45,932 bases of DNA from IMG/VR virus record IMGVR_UViG_3300021476_000008, positions 1-45,932 of that record, one strand, 5' to 3'. This document shows positions 8,800 to 18,272 of this stretch, one piece after another (the first letter of the stretch is position 1; each line of letters begins with the position of its first letter). This DNA comes from a virus (Duplodnaviria; Caudoviricetes). The notes under the pieces are model-generated. The model had not been told where the DNA came from. It was given only the letters and a program-made list of their open reading frames with translations, and searched no databases. A program made the position numbers and the translations under genes.

Positions 8800-9534
8800 A
8801 TGAAGAACTCACTGACTCTCTTGGGTGTGCTGGCCGCGGCCATCGGCATTATTGGCTGTTCCGCCTTCAGCAATGGTGGCGCGCCAACCGCAGTCGAGCG
8901 GTCAATTTACAACGTGCGGACCAATTACCTGGAAGTGGCGGTGGTGCACACGAATGTGATTCCCATCTCCACCTTCGTCACGAATGTTGTGCCCATCACC
9001 ATCGGCGAGTCGAAGGTCATCTACACAACCAATGTCATTGGCACCACCAACTTTGTGACCACCACGACCTATTTCACGAACGAGGTGCCGCAATACATCT
9101 TCACCGTAAAAACCAACGTGGACACTGGCATCGGCACCGTGGGGACCGTGGTGAACACCTTCCTGCCCGGGATGGGCGGGATTGTGTCCACGGGGCTAAC
9201 CGCGCTGCTCGGCGTCTGGGGATACCTGAGGTCGAGCAAGCAGTCCGCCCAGAATTACAACACCGCCTCCGTTCTGGCCCAAAACATCGAGACGATCCGG
9301 GCCTTCATTCAGGGCATGCCCAATGGCGGGAAGATCGACACCGCGTTCACGCAATACATCCAGGCCCACCAGGCCGACGAGGGCGTGCTGCAGAACGTGC
9401 TCTCGGTGATTCAAAACGAAGTGAGCAATCCCGACGCGCGCATTGCCGCCCAGGAGCTGGCCAACACGGTCAACGCGCTGGGCACCGCCACGGCCGCTCC
9501 CCCGATTCCCCCCAATCAGCCCGTGTCCCACTGA
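8800..9534 (+). CDS. Lipoprotein with TN repeats and internal TM helix (lysis/spanin candidate)
   Basis: Signal peptide with IIGC lipobox, repeated TNV/TNF/TNY beta strands, TM segment GIVSTGLTALLGVWGYL. Confidence 0.55.
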   Translation: MKNSLTLLGVLAAAIGIIGCSAFSNGGAPTAVERSIYNVRTNYLEVAVVHTNVIPISTFVTNVVPITIGESKVIYTTNVIGTTNFVTTTTYFTNEVPQYIFTVKTNVDTGIGTVGTVVNTFLPGMGGIVSTGLTALLGVWGYLRSSKQSAQNYNTASVLAQNIETIRAFIQGMPNGGKIDTAFTQYIQAHQADEGVLQNVLSVIQNEVSNPDARIAAQELANTVNALGTATAAPPIPPNQPVSH

Positions 9535-9572
9535 CGCTCACCTCTTGAATGGCAGGTGGGGCCGAACGGTCC

Positions 9573-9959
9573 TTAACGGGATATTTGTAGATTGTCCAAC
9601 ACCGACACCGGAGCTGGTGTAAGTGTTGGTTGTGAGAAAGGGCTCTCGCCCCACCAGTTGCTGGCCGTCATTTCGAAGAAATACTGCGCCGGGATGAGGG
9701 ACATGGGAAACGCGAGCTGCGTCCCGTTGCTCACCACTACTGGATTGGTAACCACCGCGACCAGCGGCCAGTTGTTGGAGGCGGCCGTGAGATTGGTGGT
9801 GCCGTATATCCGAAAGGCGTAGGTCGTGGTCCACGACGGGTCGGTCGGCACGTTCCAGAGGAATACCACCACGACCGGCTGGACGGCGCGCGCCAGGGCC
9901 ATCCCCAGCACGAGGATTGCCGCCAGAATCACCGGTAAGACAGTTGTTTTGAATGCCAT
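9573..9959 (-). CDS. Secreted small FN3/Ig-like protein
   Basis: Signal peptide; FLWN, FRIYGTTNLT..NW and YFFEMTASNWWGESPFS (FN3-type). Confidence 0.65.
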   Translation of the reverse strand: MAFKTTVLPVILAAILVLGMALARAVQPVVVVFLWNVPTDPSWTTTYAFRIYGTTNLTAASNNWPLVAVVTNPVVVSNGTQLAFPMSLIPAQYFFEMTASNWWGESPFSQPTLTPAPVSVLDNLQISR

Positions 9960-11779
9960 AACTTATTTGCCTGGTCGCGCACTTCGTTCTTCCAAGCCTG
10001 TTCTCTCGGATTAGCCCGAAATTCGCGCACGTTTTGTATCCTGAACCCCAGCCGCCTGGCCCCCTCCACTCCGCACACCAGGGCGTCGAACAGGTCCGGG
10101 CTCTGCCCAGTCTTCTCCTTCATCTCGGCTTTGGTTTCAATCTCAATCTTGTTTTTGCCGACCATCTTCCATTCCCGCTGGCAGCCCTCCATCAGCACCT
10201 CCTCGGTCATCGCCCGGAACTGTTTGGTTTCCACAATCAGCCTCACGGTGAACCAGAGCTCGGTGACGAACTTGCTGAAGTAATCTTTGCACAGCACGTC
10301 GATGTCGTTGGAGACGCGCCGGTCGCTGGGCGGGCCGCCAAAATCAATGGGGTTCACAGCAGGTGACCACATACGGCCGAATGAGCTGACCAGGGTGGTG
10401 CGCATGCCCGCGTCAAAGAAGAAGTTCGAGGGGGGTATGCCGCGCGAGATGCACTGCTCCATCACGAAAGCCACGATTTGGTCCTCGGCCTCCTGCTGGC
10501 GGATGGCGACTCCGGATTCGGACTTTATTGGCACCACCATCATGTCGATGAGGGCCATGATTTGGCGCCGGTTCCGTTCCCGGTCAGCCTGGTTGATGAT
10601 GGCTGAGGCGCTGGCTTCTTCGGGCGGGGTAACCTCAATCCCAAAGTCCAGCTCTCCGAATATGCATCGGTCTCCACCCACGCCACGGTAAGCCGCGTCC
10701 AGGAAGGCCACTTTGGTCCGCGCATTATTTTGCCAAATCGGCCGGTCAAGGGCTCCGTTCTGCACGCAGAGCGTGCGGGTCAGCACGCGACGGCTGCCCT
10801 GGCCGCGCGGCATGCGGCCCTCGTTAAACATCGTGTAGTGCCAGTCGTCGGTGCCCCAGATTTTGGCGTCGGCCTCCATGTCCTGTTTGGCAATGAGGAA
10901 GTCGAAGATGGGCTCCTGGCCGGGCGGGGTGGCGTTGTTCGGCGAGTCCGATCCGCAGAGCTGAACGCAAACGCCGCTGGGCCACTTGGTTTCCCACGCC
11001 TTGGACTTAGGGCTCTGGTCGATGCCGCCGTCCCATCCATGGTGCTCGCCTGATGGTTCGCAGAGTCGGCCGAGTGAATCGGTGGTCTCCTTGGGGTTCC
11101 CCATGCCGGTGACCTTGCGGTGGCCGCCGGAGCGCTTCATCACGTTGGAGAGGGCGTCGATGAACACCGGCGGCAGGAGCTGCAACTCGTCCCCGCACAT
11201 ATAAAGGAACTTGTTCTTGATGCCGATGAAGTCCCCCAGGCCCACGTAGCTATGGCCCTGTTTGCAGGGCACCCCGATGACGCCGTTGCGGAAGTCACGG
11301 CCCTCGGTTATCTGGTCCCGGTCGTCGGTCACGATGCGCTGTTTGCCCTCAATAAGGTTGCCGTGCAGCCAGCCGTAGCGGCGCTTGGCCTCCCGGTGCA
11401 TCTTCTTAATTTCCCCCCAGATGCGGTCCTCCAGGCGCTCCCGGGTGGTGGAGCAGATGAGGATGGTGCAGCAAGTGGGGTGTGCATAATATGTTAATAA
11501 GTGCATCCAGGCAGCCGTGTTGGTCTTGCCTGAGTCGGTCGGCCCCATGATGCCCACGTAGCGGTGGCTCACCCAGTTGGCCAGGATAAGGTCGTTCCAA
11601 TGGTGCCAGCGCAACTCGGGCCAGGCGTATTTGGCCGCCTCCCGGTAATGGTGCCCCAGTCCCTCACCGGCAAACTCGCCGTTCTGCTTTTTGAACCGGC
11701 CCCCTTTTTCAATCATCGCCAGCTCCAAATGGAACAGGTCCACCGTGTCGGCGTGGCGGAGGTTGTATTTCTCAAACAT
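9929..11779 (-). CDS. terL: Terminase large subunit
   Basis: Walker A GPTDSGKT, Walker B YMCGDE, GMGNP coupling motif, RNase H-like FLDAAYRGVGGDRC and SPDLFDA. Confidence 0.9.
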   Translation of the reverse strand: MFEKYNLRHADTVDLFHLELAMIEKGGRFKKQNGEFAGEGLGHHYREAAKYAWPELRWHHWNDLILANWVSHRYVGIMGPTDSGKTNTAAWMHLLTYYAHPTCCTILICSTTRERLEDRIWGEIKKMHREAKRRYGWLHGNLIEGKQRIVTDDRDQITEGRDFRNGVIGVPCKQGHSYVGLGDFIGIKNKFLYMCGDELQLLPPVFIDALSNVMKRSGGHRKVTGMGNPKETTDSLGRLCEPSGEHHGWDGGIDQSPKSKAWETKWPSGVCVQLCGSDSPNNATPPGQEPIFDFLIAKQDMEADAKIWGTDDWHYTMFNEGRMPRGQGSRRVLTRTLCVQNGALDRPIWQNNARTKVAFLDAAYRGVGGDRCIFGELDFGIEVTPPEEASASAIINQADRERNRRQIMALIDMMVVPIKSESGVAIRQQEAEDQIVAFVMEQCISRGIPPSNFFFDAGMRTTLVSSFGRMWSPAVNPIDFGGPPSDRRVSNDIDVLCKDYFSKFVTELWFTVRLIVETKQFRAMTEEVLMEGCQREWKMVGKNKIEIETKAEMKEKTGQSPDLFDALVCGVEGARRLGFRIQNVREFRANPREQAWKNEVRDQANKLWHSKQLSYR

Positions 11780-11830
11780 CGAATGCTATTGCCAAGGGTC
11801 TGCCAGGCAGTATCGTCCACGTCAAGTGCT

Positions 11831-13681
11831 ATGGCCGACCGCAATACGGTTGTAACCCTTACCGACGGCAGCTCAGACTTTTCCGGCGGGGTGGACTCCA
11901 TCAAGGTTACCACCGTCAAATCCGCCCGAAACCCCAACGGACTGGCGCGCAACCAACTGGCGTGGCTGGACAATGGTGGGGTGAGGGATGGCGGGATACT
12001 CCAACGGACTGGCTGGGCGAACCTGGGAACTATCGCGCCCGGAGCGGCTGGCCAATACCAGGGCGGATTCCTCTACGAGCCCGATTCAGCCAATCCGTAT
12101 CTCATCCTTAACATCGGCGGTCAGACCTATCAAGTGCTTTTGGACCCGGCGGTGACCGGTGGTGCGCCACTCCTGGCCAACAACCTCACCGCGTCATTCC
12201 CGGGCACCACCATGCCCACGAATCAGCCGCAGTTCTTCTATGTCCAGGGTGAAAACTACCTGATCGTCCAGGCTGGTGATTTCGTGACCCTGCCACTTTT
12301 CTGGGATGGGACCAGGCTTACGCGGTCCATTGGGATTACCAACAACGCGGTGGTGACGGGAACCCCCGGAGTGAACCAAATACCTGCGGCCGGTCCCATG
12401 GATTACTACATGGGCCGAATCTGGTACGCCCAAGGCAGGCAGTATTCGGCTGGCGATATCGTTGGCGGGCCGTCCGGAGTCCTGATACCGGCCAAAAGGG
12501 ACGCCATCCTTAACATTACCGAGAATCCCTTGGTGCTTGGTGGCGGTGGTTTTACCGTGCCCTCGAATGCCGGGAACATTAGAGCCCTCTTCCATAATGC
12601 CAACCTCAACTCCCAGCTCGGACAGGGGCAGCTGCTCATCGGCACCAGGAAGAACATCTACACCCTGCAGGTGCCGGTGACACGCACTCAATGGATTGCG
12701 GCCAACCAGGCCAACCAGCCGCTGCAGACCGTGGTGCAAATTGCCTGGGGTCCGGTGAATGACCGTTCGGTGGTGAAAGTGAATGGTGACGTGTGGTTCC
12801 AGACCTTGCAGCCAGCCATTTCCAGCATGTTCTCCTCCGTCCGCAACTTCAATCAGTGGGGCAACCGCGACATCTCCTCCAACGAAGACCGGCTCCTGGG
12901 GTTCAACAACCGCGCCCTGCTGAATTTCTCCAGTGGCATGCTCTTTGATGACCGCATGTGGCAGACGGCGCTGCCGATGCAGCTCGCCCAGGGAGTGGCG
13001 CACCAGGCAATCGCGCCCATGGACTTCGTCCCCATCTCCAGCTTCGGAGCCGACGTGAACCCCGTGTGGCAGGGCATGTATGAGGGCCTACAGATACTGC
13101 AGCTATTCGCCGGAGACTTCGGTGGCTTGCAGCGCGCATTTGCAGTCGCGGTGTCCGCCCTGGACTCGTCCTTCCAGGTCTGGGAGCTGACCGACTTCCT
13201 GCGCACGGACTTCCGGCTGCCGGACCAGACCAATGTGAACAATGAGACGCGCGTTACCTGGGTGATTGAAACTCCGGCCTGGACCTGGGGGGATGAGTTC
13301 ATGCTCAAGAAAATGGTGAGCGCCGAGCTCATGTTCGACAAGCTCTTCGGCACCGCTGATATCCAGGTGGAGTGGCGTCCGGACATGGACCCTTGCTGGA
13401 AGCTGTGGGCAAGGTGGAAGGAGTGCTCGGCCAGGAACTCCTCCGAGGATTGCTTCAACCCAATCACTTACCCGCTCGTTGGATACCGTGAAGGTTACCG
13501 TGCCACCCGCACGCTGCCCCAGCCGCCATTGGAGTGCGAATCGGCTACCGGACGCCCGGCGCACATTGGCTATCAGCACCAACTGCGCATCACCATCAAG
13601 GGCTGGCTGAGATTGCGCGGCCTGCTGGTGCATGCCGAGGAAGTGGCCCAGCGCTTGTATCATTCACCCATCCCGTGTTAA
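11831..13681 (+). CDS. Tail nozzle / DNA-stabilisation protein (P22 gp10- or T7 gp12-like)
   Basis: 616-aa beta-rich protein starting DFSGGVDS...LDNGGVRDGGILQRTG; ATG 11831 avoids overlap with terL. Confidence 0.65.
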   Translation: MADRNTVVTLTDGSSDFSGGVDSIKVTTVKSARNPNGLARNQLAWLDNGGVRDGGILQRTGWANLGTIAPGAAGQYQGGFLYEPDSANPYLILNIGGQTYQVLLDPAVTGGAPLLANNLTASFPGTTMPTNQPQFFYVQGENYLIVQAGDFVTLPLFWDGTRLTRSIGITNNAVVTGTPGVNQIPAAGPMDYYMGRIWYAQGRQYSAGDIVGGPSGVLIPAKRDAILNITENPLVLGGGGFTVPSNAGNIRALFHNANLNSQLGQGQLLIGTRKNIYTLQVPVTRTQWIAANQANQPLQTVVQIAWGPVNDRSVVKVNGDVWFQTLQPAISSMFSSVRNFNQWGNRDISSNEDRLLGFNNRALLNFSSGMLFDDRMWQTALPMQLAQGVAHQAIAPMDFVPISSFGADVNPVWQGMYEGLQILQLFAGDFGGLQRAFAVAVSALDSSFQVWELTDFLRTDFRLPDQTNVNNETRVTWVIETPAWTWGDEFMLKKMVSAELMFDKLFGTADIQVEWRPDMDPCWKLWARWKECSARNSSEDCFNPITYPLVGYREGYRATRTLPQPPLECESATGRPAHIGYQHQLRITIKGWLRLRGLLVHAEEVAQRLYHSPIPC

Positions 13682-13689
13682 GGTAGCCC

Positions 13690-15138
13690 ATGCCGGCCAT
13701 ACCGTGCTGCACACATATCCTTTGCCCCGGAGGTGGCGTTGGACCGAACTCGCTGGAGTTCGACAGCCCGCTGGCCAATCTTTCGTCGGAGTTGCCAGAC
13801 CAGGATGTTTTTATCGGCCAGAACTTTGGCTACGCCCGATATTCGCAGCCGTTCCTGGGTTCTAACTGGACGCGCAACTCCTGCTTGGGAATCTGCACCT
13901 CGACTGTTTCACAGCAGGCGGCTAATGATTGCGCCGCCAGGAACAATCTTATTTGCGTCACTCCCAGTTGGGGTGTTCCTCCTGGAACTGGCAATAACGG
14001 CGGACCGTCGAGTGGGCCACCTCTCATACCCGCGCCGCCGGGAATAAACCCGCAATTGCAGCTCAACCTGAATCAGTCATGCACAGCCAACTGCAACGAT
14101 CCGGAGAGCACGCCATTTACCTGGACGGTTGCGGCCGGAACCTTTATCGCGGAAAATCAGCTTTTGGCCAACCAAATGGCCTTCTCCAGGGCGTGTCAAT
14201 TGGCCGTGGTTAACATTATCTGCATGAGCGACCCGGCCGCCTGCTGCTGCGGCACACCCTATAGCGGGGTCATCAACGTGACGGGCTCAAACGGTCCTTT
14301 CTCGATCAGCGGCAACCCTCCAACGGGTCTTGGAATTTCACAGTCGGCAGACGGCAGCAAGGTCTTCTTAAGCGGCACCATAGGCTCGCCCGGCAACCAG
14401 CAATTCACCCTCACGGCCACCGACGCTAACGGTAATTTCCAAACGAAGACTTTCATTCTCAAAGTTCTTTGTGTGAGTGGCTCGCCAGGGCAAGCCATAT
14501 TCGGCCAGGCTTACTCTTTTAATTTCACGGGCGGCGGAGGTGACGGGGGGCCTTATAGTTTTCTGCCTTTCCAGCCCCCGCCTCCGCCGGGTCTTGTCCT
14601 GGATCCGAGCGGGCTCCTTCACGGAACACCAAGCCAGGTCGGCACATTTACCTTCGGTGTTGGCATCACCGACAAGAATGGCAACACCTGCGGCACTTCG
14701 GTGACCATGCAGGTGTTGGGTGTCACTAATAATCCGCAAACCGGATCGTATCCGTGCCCGAACAATGGTGCCATCGTGGTTAGTTCTACGGTCCCGGCGG
14801 GCTCGGTCAATTACCCGGTAGGCACGCCGCAACAGGTGGCTGATGCGGCAGCCAGCCAGATGTTGCTAAATCAACTAAACGCAGCGCTTAAGAATTCCGG
14901 TTGCACCTGCGCCGGGGTTAACGTAACCAACGGGGTGATGAGCAATCCGGGATGTCCGACAGGGGCCGAGGCTTGCTGCCAAGTTTGGGTCAGCTCCTGC
15001 CAGGGCAACATGCAGATTACATCCGCGGGAGTCGACCCGATCCATTCCTGCGATGTCTTTGTTGGCAACGCGAACCGGCCGCGCGGCGTCACGATGACTT
15101 TGCCTGGATTTGTCTCGGTGAGTTTTTACGCGACCTAA
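13690..15138 (+). CDS. Cys-rich virion protein with DUF5977-like repeats and putative Ig domains
   Basis: Repeats STVSQQAANDCA, VAAGTF..NQLLANQMA, VPAGSV..QQVADAAA; two PPxGL...G.L.GT...G...F....TD units. Confidence 0.65.
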   Translation: MPAIPCCTHILCPGGGVGPNSLEFDSPLANLSSELPDQDVFIGQNFGYARYSQPFLGSNWTRNSCLGICTSTVSQQAANDCAARNNLICVTPSWGVPPGTGNNGGPSSGPPLIPAPPGINPQLQLNLNQSCTANCNDPESTPFTWTVAAGTFIAENQLLANQMAFSRACQLAVVNIICMSDPAACCCGTPYSGVINVTGSNGPFSISGNPPTGLGISQSADGSKVFLSGTIGSPGNQQFTLTATDANGNFQTKTFILKVLCVSGSPGQAIFGQAYSFNFTGGGGDGGPYSFLPFQPPPPPGLVLDPSGLLHGTPSQVGTFTFGVGITDKNGNTCGTSVTMQVLGVTNNPQTGSYPCPNNGAIVVSSTVPAGSVNYPVGTPQQVADAAASQMLLNQLNAALKNSGCTCAGVNVTNGVMSNPGCPTGAEACCQVWVSSCQGNMQITSAGVDPIHSCDVFVGNANRPRGVTMTLPGFVSVSFYAT

Positions 15139-15141
15139 ACG

Positions 15142-16242
15142 ATGCTGCAGTTGCGCTTATATGACTGCGTGGCGAGCCGGCTGCCGTCCTTGCTGGGGTT
15201 GTGCCAGGCGGATCGCCCCCAAATTGCCAGGTATGTGAACAGCGCCCAGCGACGGCTTCTCTATTGTGCCGAGGCTGGCGATGAAGGTTGGTGGGGCACC
15301 TGGGCGGAGATGGCCTTCACCGTGTCGCTCCCGGCAACGACGACCGCGCCCAATCTCCCTGGTCCGTACCTCACCACCCCCCGGGAAGTTGCCCGCCTGG
15401 AGGCAGTTCAAATCTGCGACCGGCCATATGTGCCGCAAAACCAGTTTTACGAATACCTTCAATTTGGCAATGGCAGGCTCCCCAAGCAGAACTGCTGCCA
15501 GAGGCCACTTATCCGCCAGATATTCACACGTAACAACGTCCCTACCTTTGTGGACATCAACCCGGCCCCGCAGAACATCCTGGCCGCACCCACCAATGCG
15601 GCGGACGTGGGTAAGCGCGTCCTCATTCAGGGCCTGGATAACAACGGTAACGTGATTTATTCACAGGATGGGCTCAACCCGGTCCTGGGACAGTTTGTGG
15701 TGCTCACGCTGCCGTTTGTGAAAATGCCGGTGATGATGAATCAGATTACCGGCATCCAGAAGGATATCACCCAGGGCAACGTGCAGATATTCCAGCTGGA
15801 CCCCAACAGCGGCGTGCAGACTTTGCTCGTTACCATGGAGCCCTCCGAGCAGACTGCTTCCTACCGGCGCTATTACTTCGACAACCTGCCGCCGACGTGC
15901 TGCTTTGTGGCTGCCGGACCTAACGTAACCCTCCCGACGACTCCTCAGGTCCTCACCATCACCGCCATTTGCAAGCTAGAGCTGCAGCCGGTATTTGTTG
16001 ACACGGACTACCTCCTGATCCAGAACCTGGAGGCGATAACCGATGAATGCCAGAGCATCCGCTATTCGGAAGTCGATAATCCGAACTCCAATGTGGCCAT
16101 GTCACGGGCTCACCACCAGAACGCCGTGCGTGCCCTTCGCGGAGAGCTGGCGCACTACCTTGGTATCACCGAACCGGCTGTTGAGTGGGCACCTTTCGGA
16201 GCGGCCCGGCTGGAGAGGCGCAAAATTGGACTCATGCTTTAG
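15142..16242 (+). CDS. Putative head-tail adaptor
   Basis: 366 aa; N-terminal YVNSAQRRLL...GWWGTW helix pattern; position between tail and ejection genes. Confidence 0.55.
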   Translation: MLQLRLYDCVASRLPSLLGLCQADRPQIARYVNSAQRRLLYCAEAGDEGWWGTWAEMAFTVSLPATTTAPNLPGPYLTTPREVARLEAVQICDRPYVPQNQFYEYLQFGNGRLPKQNCCQRPLIRQIFTRNNVPTFVDINPAPQNILAAPTNAADVGKRVLIQGLDNNGNVIYSQDGLNPVLGQFVVLTLPFVKMPVMMNQITGIQKDITQGNVQIFQLDPNSGVQTLLVTMEPSEQTASYRRYYFDNLPPTCCFVAAGPNVTLPTTPQVLTITAICKLELQPVFVDTDYLLIQNLEAITDECQSIRYSEVDNPNSNVAMSRAHHQNAVRALRGELAHYLGITEPAVEWAPFGAARLERRKIGLML

Positions 16243-16245
16243 TCC

Positions 16246-17310
16246 ATGCCTATAAATTATTACAATCCCGGTGGAGTTGCTGGAACAGCTGCCGGATGGG
16301 GTGTTACCGGAGGAACTGGCACCGGCACTCCGGGAAGCGTCATCCACCCCGCAGGCGTGCCACCCACCACCGCTCCTCCTGGAAACGTTGCCCCAGCTGG
16401 TTCGTTCGGCTACAACCCGGCTTACGGCGGCATCCCCTACGTCCCCAGCCCAATCGCCACCCAGGGCGGCGCGCTCACGGGCAACATTGGCAACCTCGGA
16501 AGCATTTACGGTCTGACCACCGGCACTGCCGGAGCCTCCGCGGCGGGAGCCCGGACCCAGATTGGCGCAAACCTTCCCGGCTACGGACCGATGACGCAGA
16601 CGGCCAGCGGGAACATACTCTCGGAACTGCACGGCCAAATCCCTCAAGATGTAGTGAATCAATTGGCCGAGCAGGCGGCTGAACGAGGCGTGGGATTTGG
16701 GGCGGGCGCGCCAACCACCAACGCATCCCTGTTGCGCGCTCTGGGATTAACGTCCCTTGGCTTAATGGAACAGGGCAACCAGGACCTGACTGGGGCAATT
16801 GGGCGCACGCCCGTAGGCCCGGCGGTGAACCCTTCCGGTTTCCTGGTGAGTCCGGAACAGGTGCAGGGCGCGGCGACGGCGGCGAACCTTTATGGCGCGG
16901 CTCCCATCCCGGAGCAGGCTGCGGCAGCCGGAATCGCCGCCGCCGGAACTGCTCCGACGGTTCGCGCGCCTGGAATTGGCGGTGGCGGCGGCGCTGCCCC
17001 TTTCGGCGGAGCCCCACTGCCGACGGCCGCTGCCGCCCCGCTGTTCGGCACAGCCGGTCCAACTGGAACAGTAAGTTCGCAGCCGAGCGCCTCGGCTTAC
17101 CAAAATTGGAACGACTGGTATAACAGTCTCTTCGGCGGTGGCAATACCACCGGCGGTGGGCCTGGTGAATTCGCCGGGATGTCTCCGGAAGATGCGATGT
17201 TCTACAACACCTACGGAATGTTTGCGCCAGGCTCCGAAACGGGAGGCAATGCCGCAGGAGCCCAGGTCCCCGGAGTAGAGGATTACTACGGCACTGGGCC
17301 ATACGACTGA
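16246..17310 (+). CDS. Putative ejection (internal virion) protein, Gly/Ala/Pro-rich
   Basis: 354 aa low-complexity protein with QAAERGVGFG helical core; synteny. Confidence 0.55.
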   Translation: MPINYYNPGGVAGTAAGWGVTGGTGTGTPGSVIHPAGVPPTTAPPGNVAPAGSFGYNPAYGGIPYVPSPIATQGGALTGNIGNLGSIYGLTTGTAGASAAGARTQIGANLPGYGPMTQTASGNILSELHGQIPQDVVNQLAEQAAERGVGFGAGAPTTNASLLRALGLTSLGLMEQGNQDLTGAIGRTPVGPAVNPSGFLVSPEQVQGAATAANLYGAAPIPEQAAAAGIAAAGTAPTVRAPGIGGGGGAAPFGGAPLPTAAAAPLFGTAGPTGTVSSQPSASAYQNWNDWYNSLFGGGNTTGGGPGEFAGMSPEDAMFYNTYGMFAPGSETGGNAAGAQVPGVEDYYGTGPYD

Positions 17311-18272
17311 TGGCTGAGGGATATCCACTTCCTCCATGGCTGCACGGCGTCTCGGCTGGTGAGGTAGGCCAGCTGGCTGCCGGTGCCCAGTCGCGTATTC
17401 TGCAAGGCTCGGAGGCCCAGGCCCGGCTCAACATGCAGGCCCAGGAAGAGTCGCAGCGATTCGCCATGGAGTCCGCGCGACTGGAACAGGAACGGCAGTC
17501 CCGGCAGTTGCAGCTCGAACTGGCCAGCCGCGGGCTGCAGGAGGAGTCTCAACGCCGATATGCGCAGATTGAGATGCAGCGCCAATATCACGACCAGGCC
17601 ATCAATGTCGCGCAGGACCGGTTGAAGCTGCAGTCTCAGGCAGCCGCCAGAAAATACTCCGCCCAGGCAAATTTACAGGCCGACTTGGCCGCGGCTGGTG
17701 ATGATGAGGCTGCCAAGCGCGCCGCCGTGCTCAAGTGGGGTCCGGAAATTGGTGGCATGGCCACCGCCGTTTCCGGCGCGCTGCGCGCCGGAGCCAATGC
17801 GCGCCAGTATGGGCCAATCACGATGAGTGATTTGGGTGGCGGGGTCCGCGCCGCTTACCGTGAGGGTAGTCCCGGGTTGCATATCATTCCTCCAGCCAAA
17901 AGCCGCGAACCTACGCCTGGACAATTGGCGCAACTGGCGAGAGAGATTCCGCACCTGGAGGCAATTTCAAAAGCCGTGCCTGGGGGTATGTCTGAGCGCT
18001 TGCTCAAGCTCCTTGGTCCCATGATAGAAGGCGCACCGACCAGTGGCACCTCCACTTCTCAATATCCCATCGCCCCGCGAGATGCAAAGCGCCGGGTGGT
18101 GAACCAGATTTACCAAACCCCTAAAGGTCCATACCTATGGGGTAAGGATAAGGACGGTAAGATAGGTTGGATGCTGCCGCCCGAAACTGAGACTGGACAA
18201 ACGCCTGCGGCGACGGAAACTGAGGAAGAACCGGACACCGACGAAATGGGTCTGGACATTCCAGGTGACTGA
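17310..18272 (+). CDS. Putative ejection protein, Gln/Ala coiled coil
   Basis: 320 aa, TGATG coupling on both sides. Confidence 0.55.
   Translation: MAEGYPLPPWLHGVSAGEVGQLAAGAQSRILQGSEAQARLNMQAQEESQRFAMESARLEQERQSRQLQLELASRGLQEESQRRYAQIEMQRQYHDQAINVAQDRLKLQSQAAARKYSAQANLQADLAAAGDDEAAKRAAVLKWGPEIGGMATAVSGALRAGANARQYGPITMSDLGGGVRAAYREGSPGLHIIPPAKSREPTPGQLAQLAREIPHLEAISKAVPGGMSERLLKLLGPMIEGAPTSGTSTSQYPIAPRDAKRRVVNQIYQTPKGPYLWGKDKDGKIGWMLPPETETGQTPAATETEEEPDTDEMGLDIPGD

Noticed and set aside
11564-11830. N-terminal extension of the tail protein from the ORF track
   Set aside because: It overlaps terL on the opposite strand; ATG 11831 is the plausible start.
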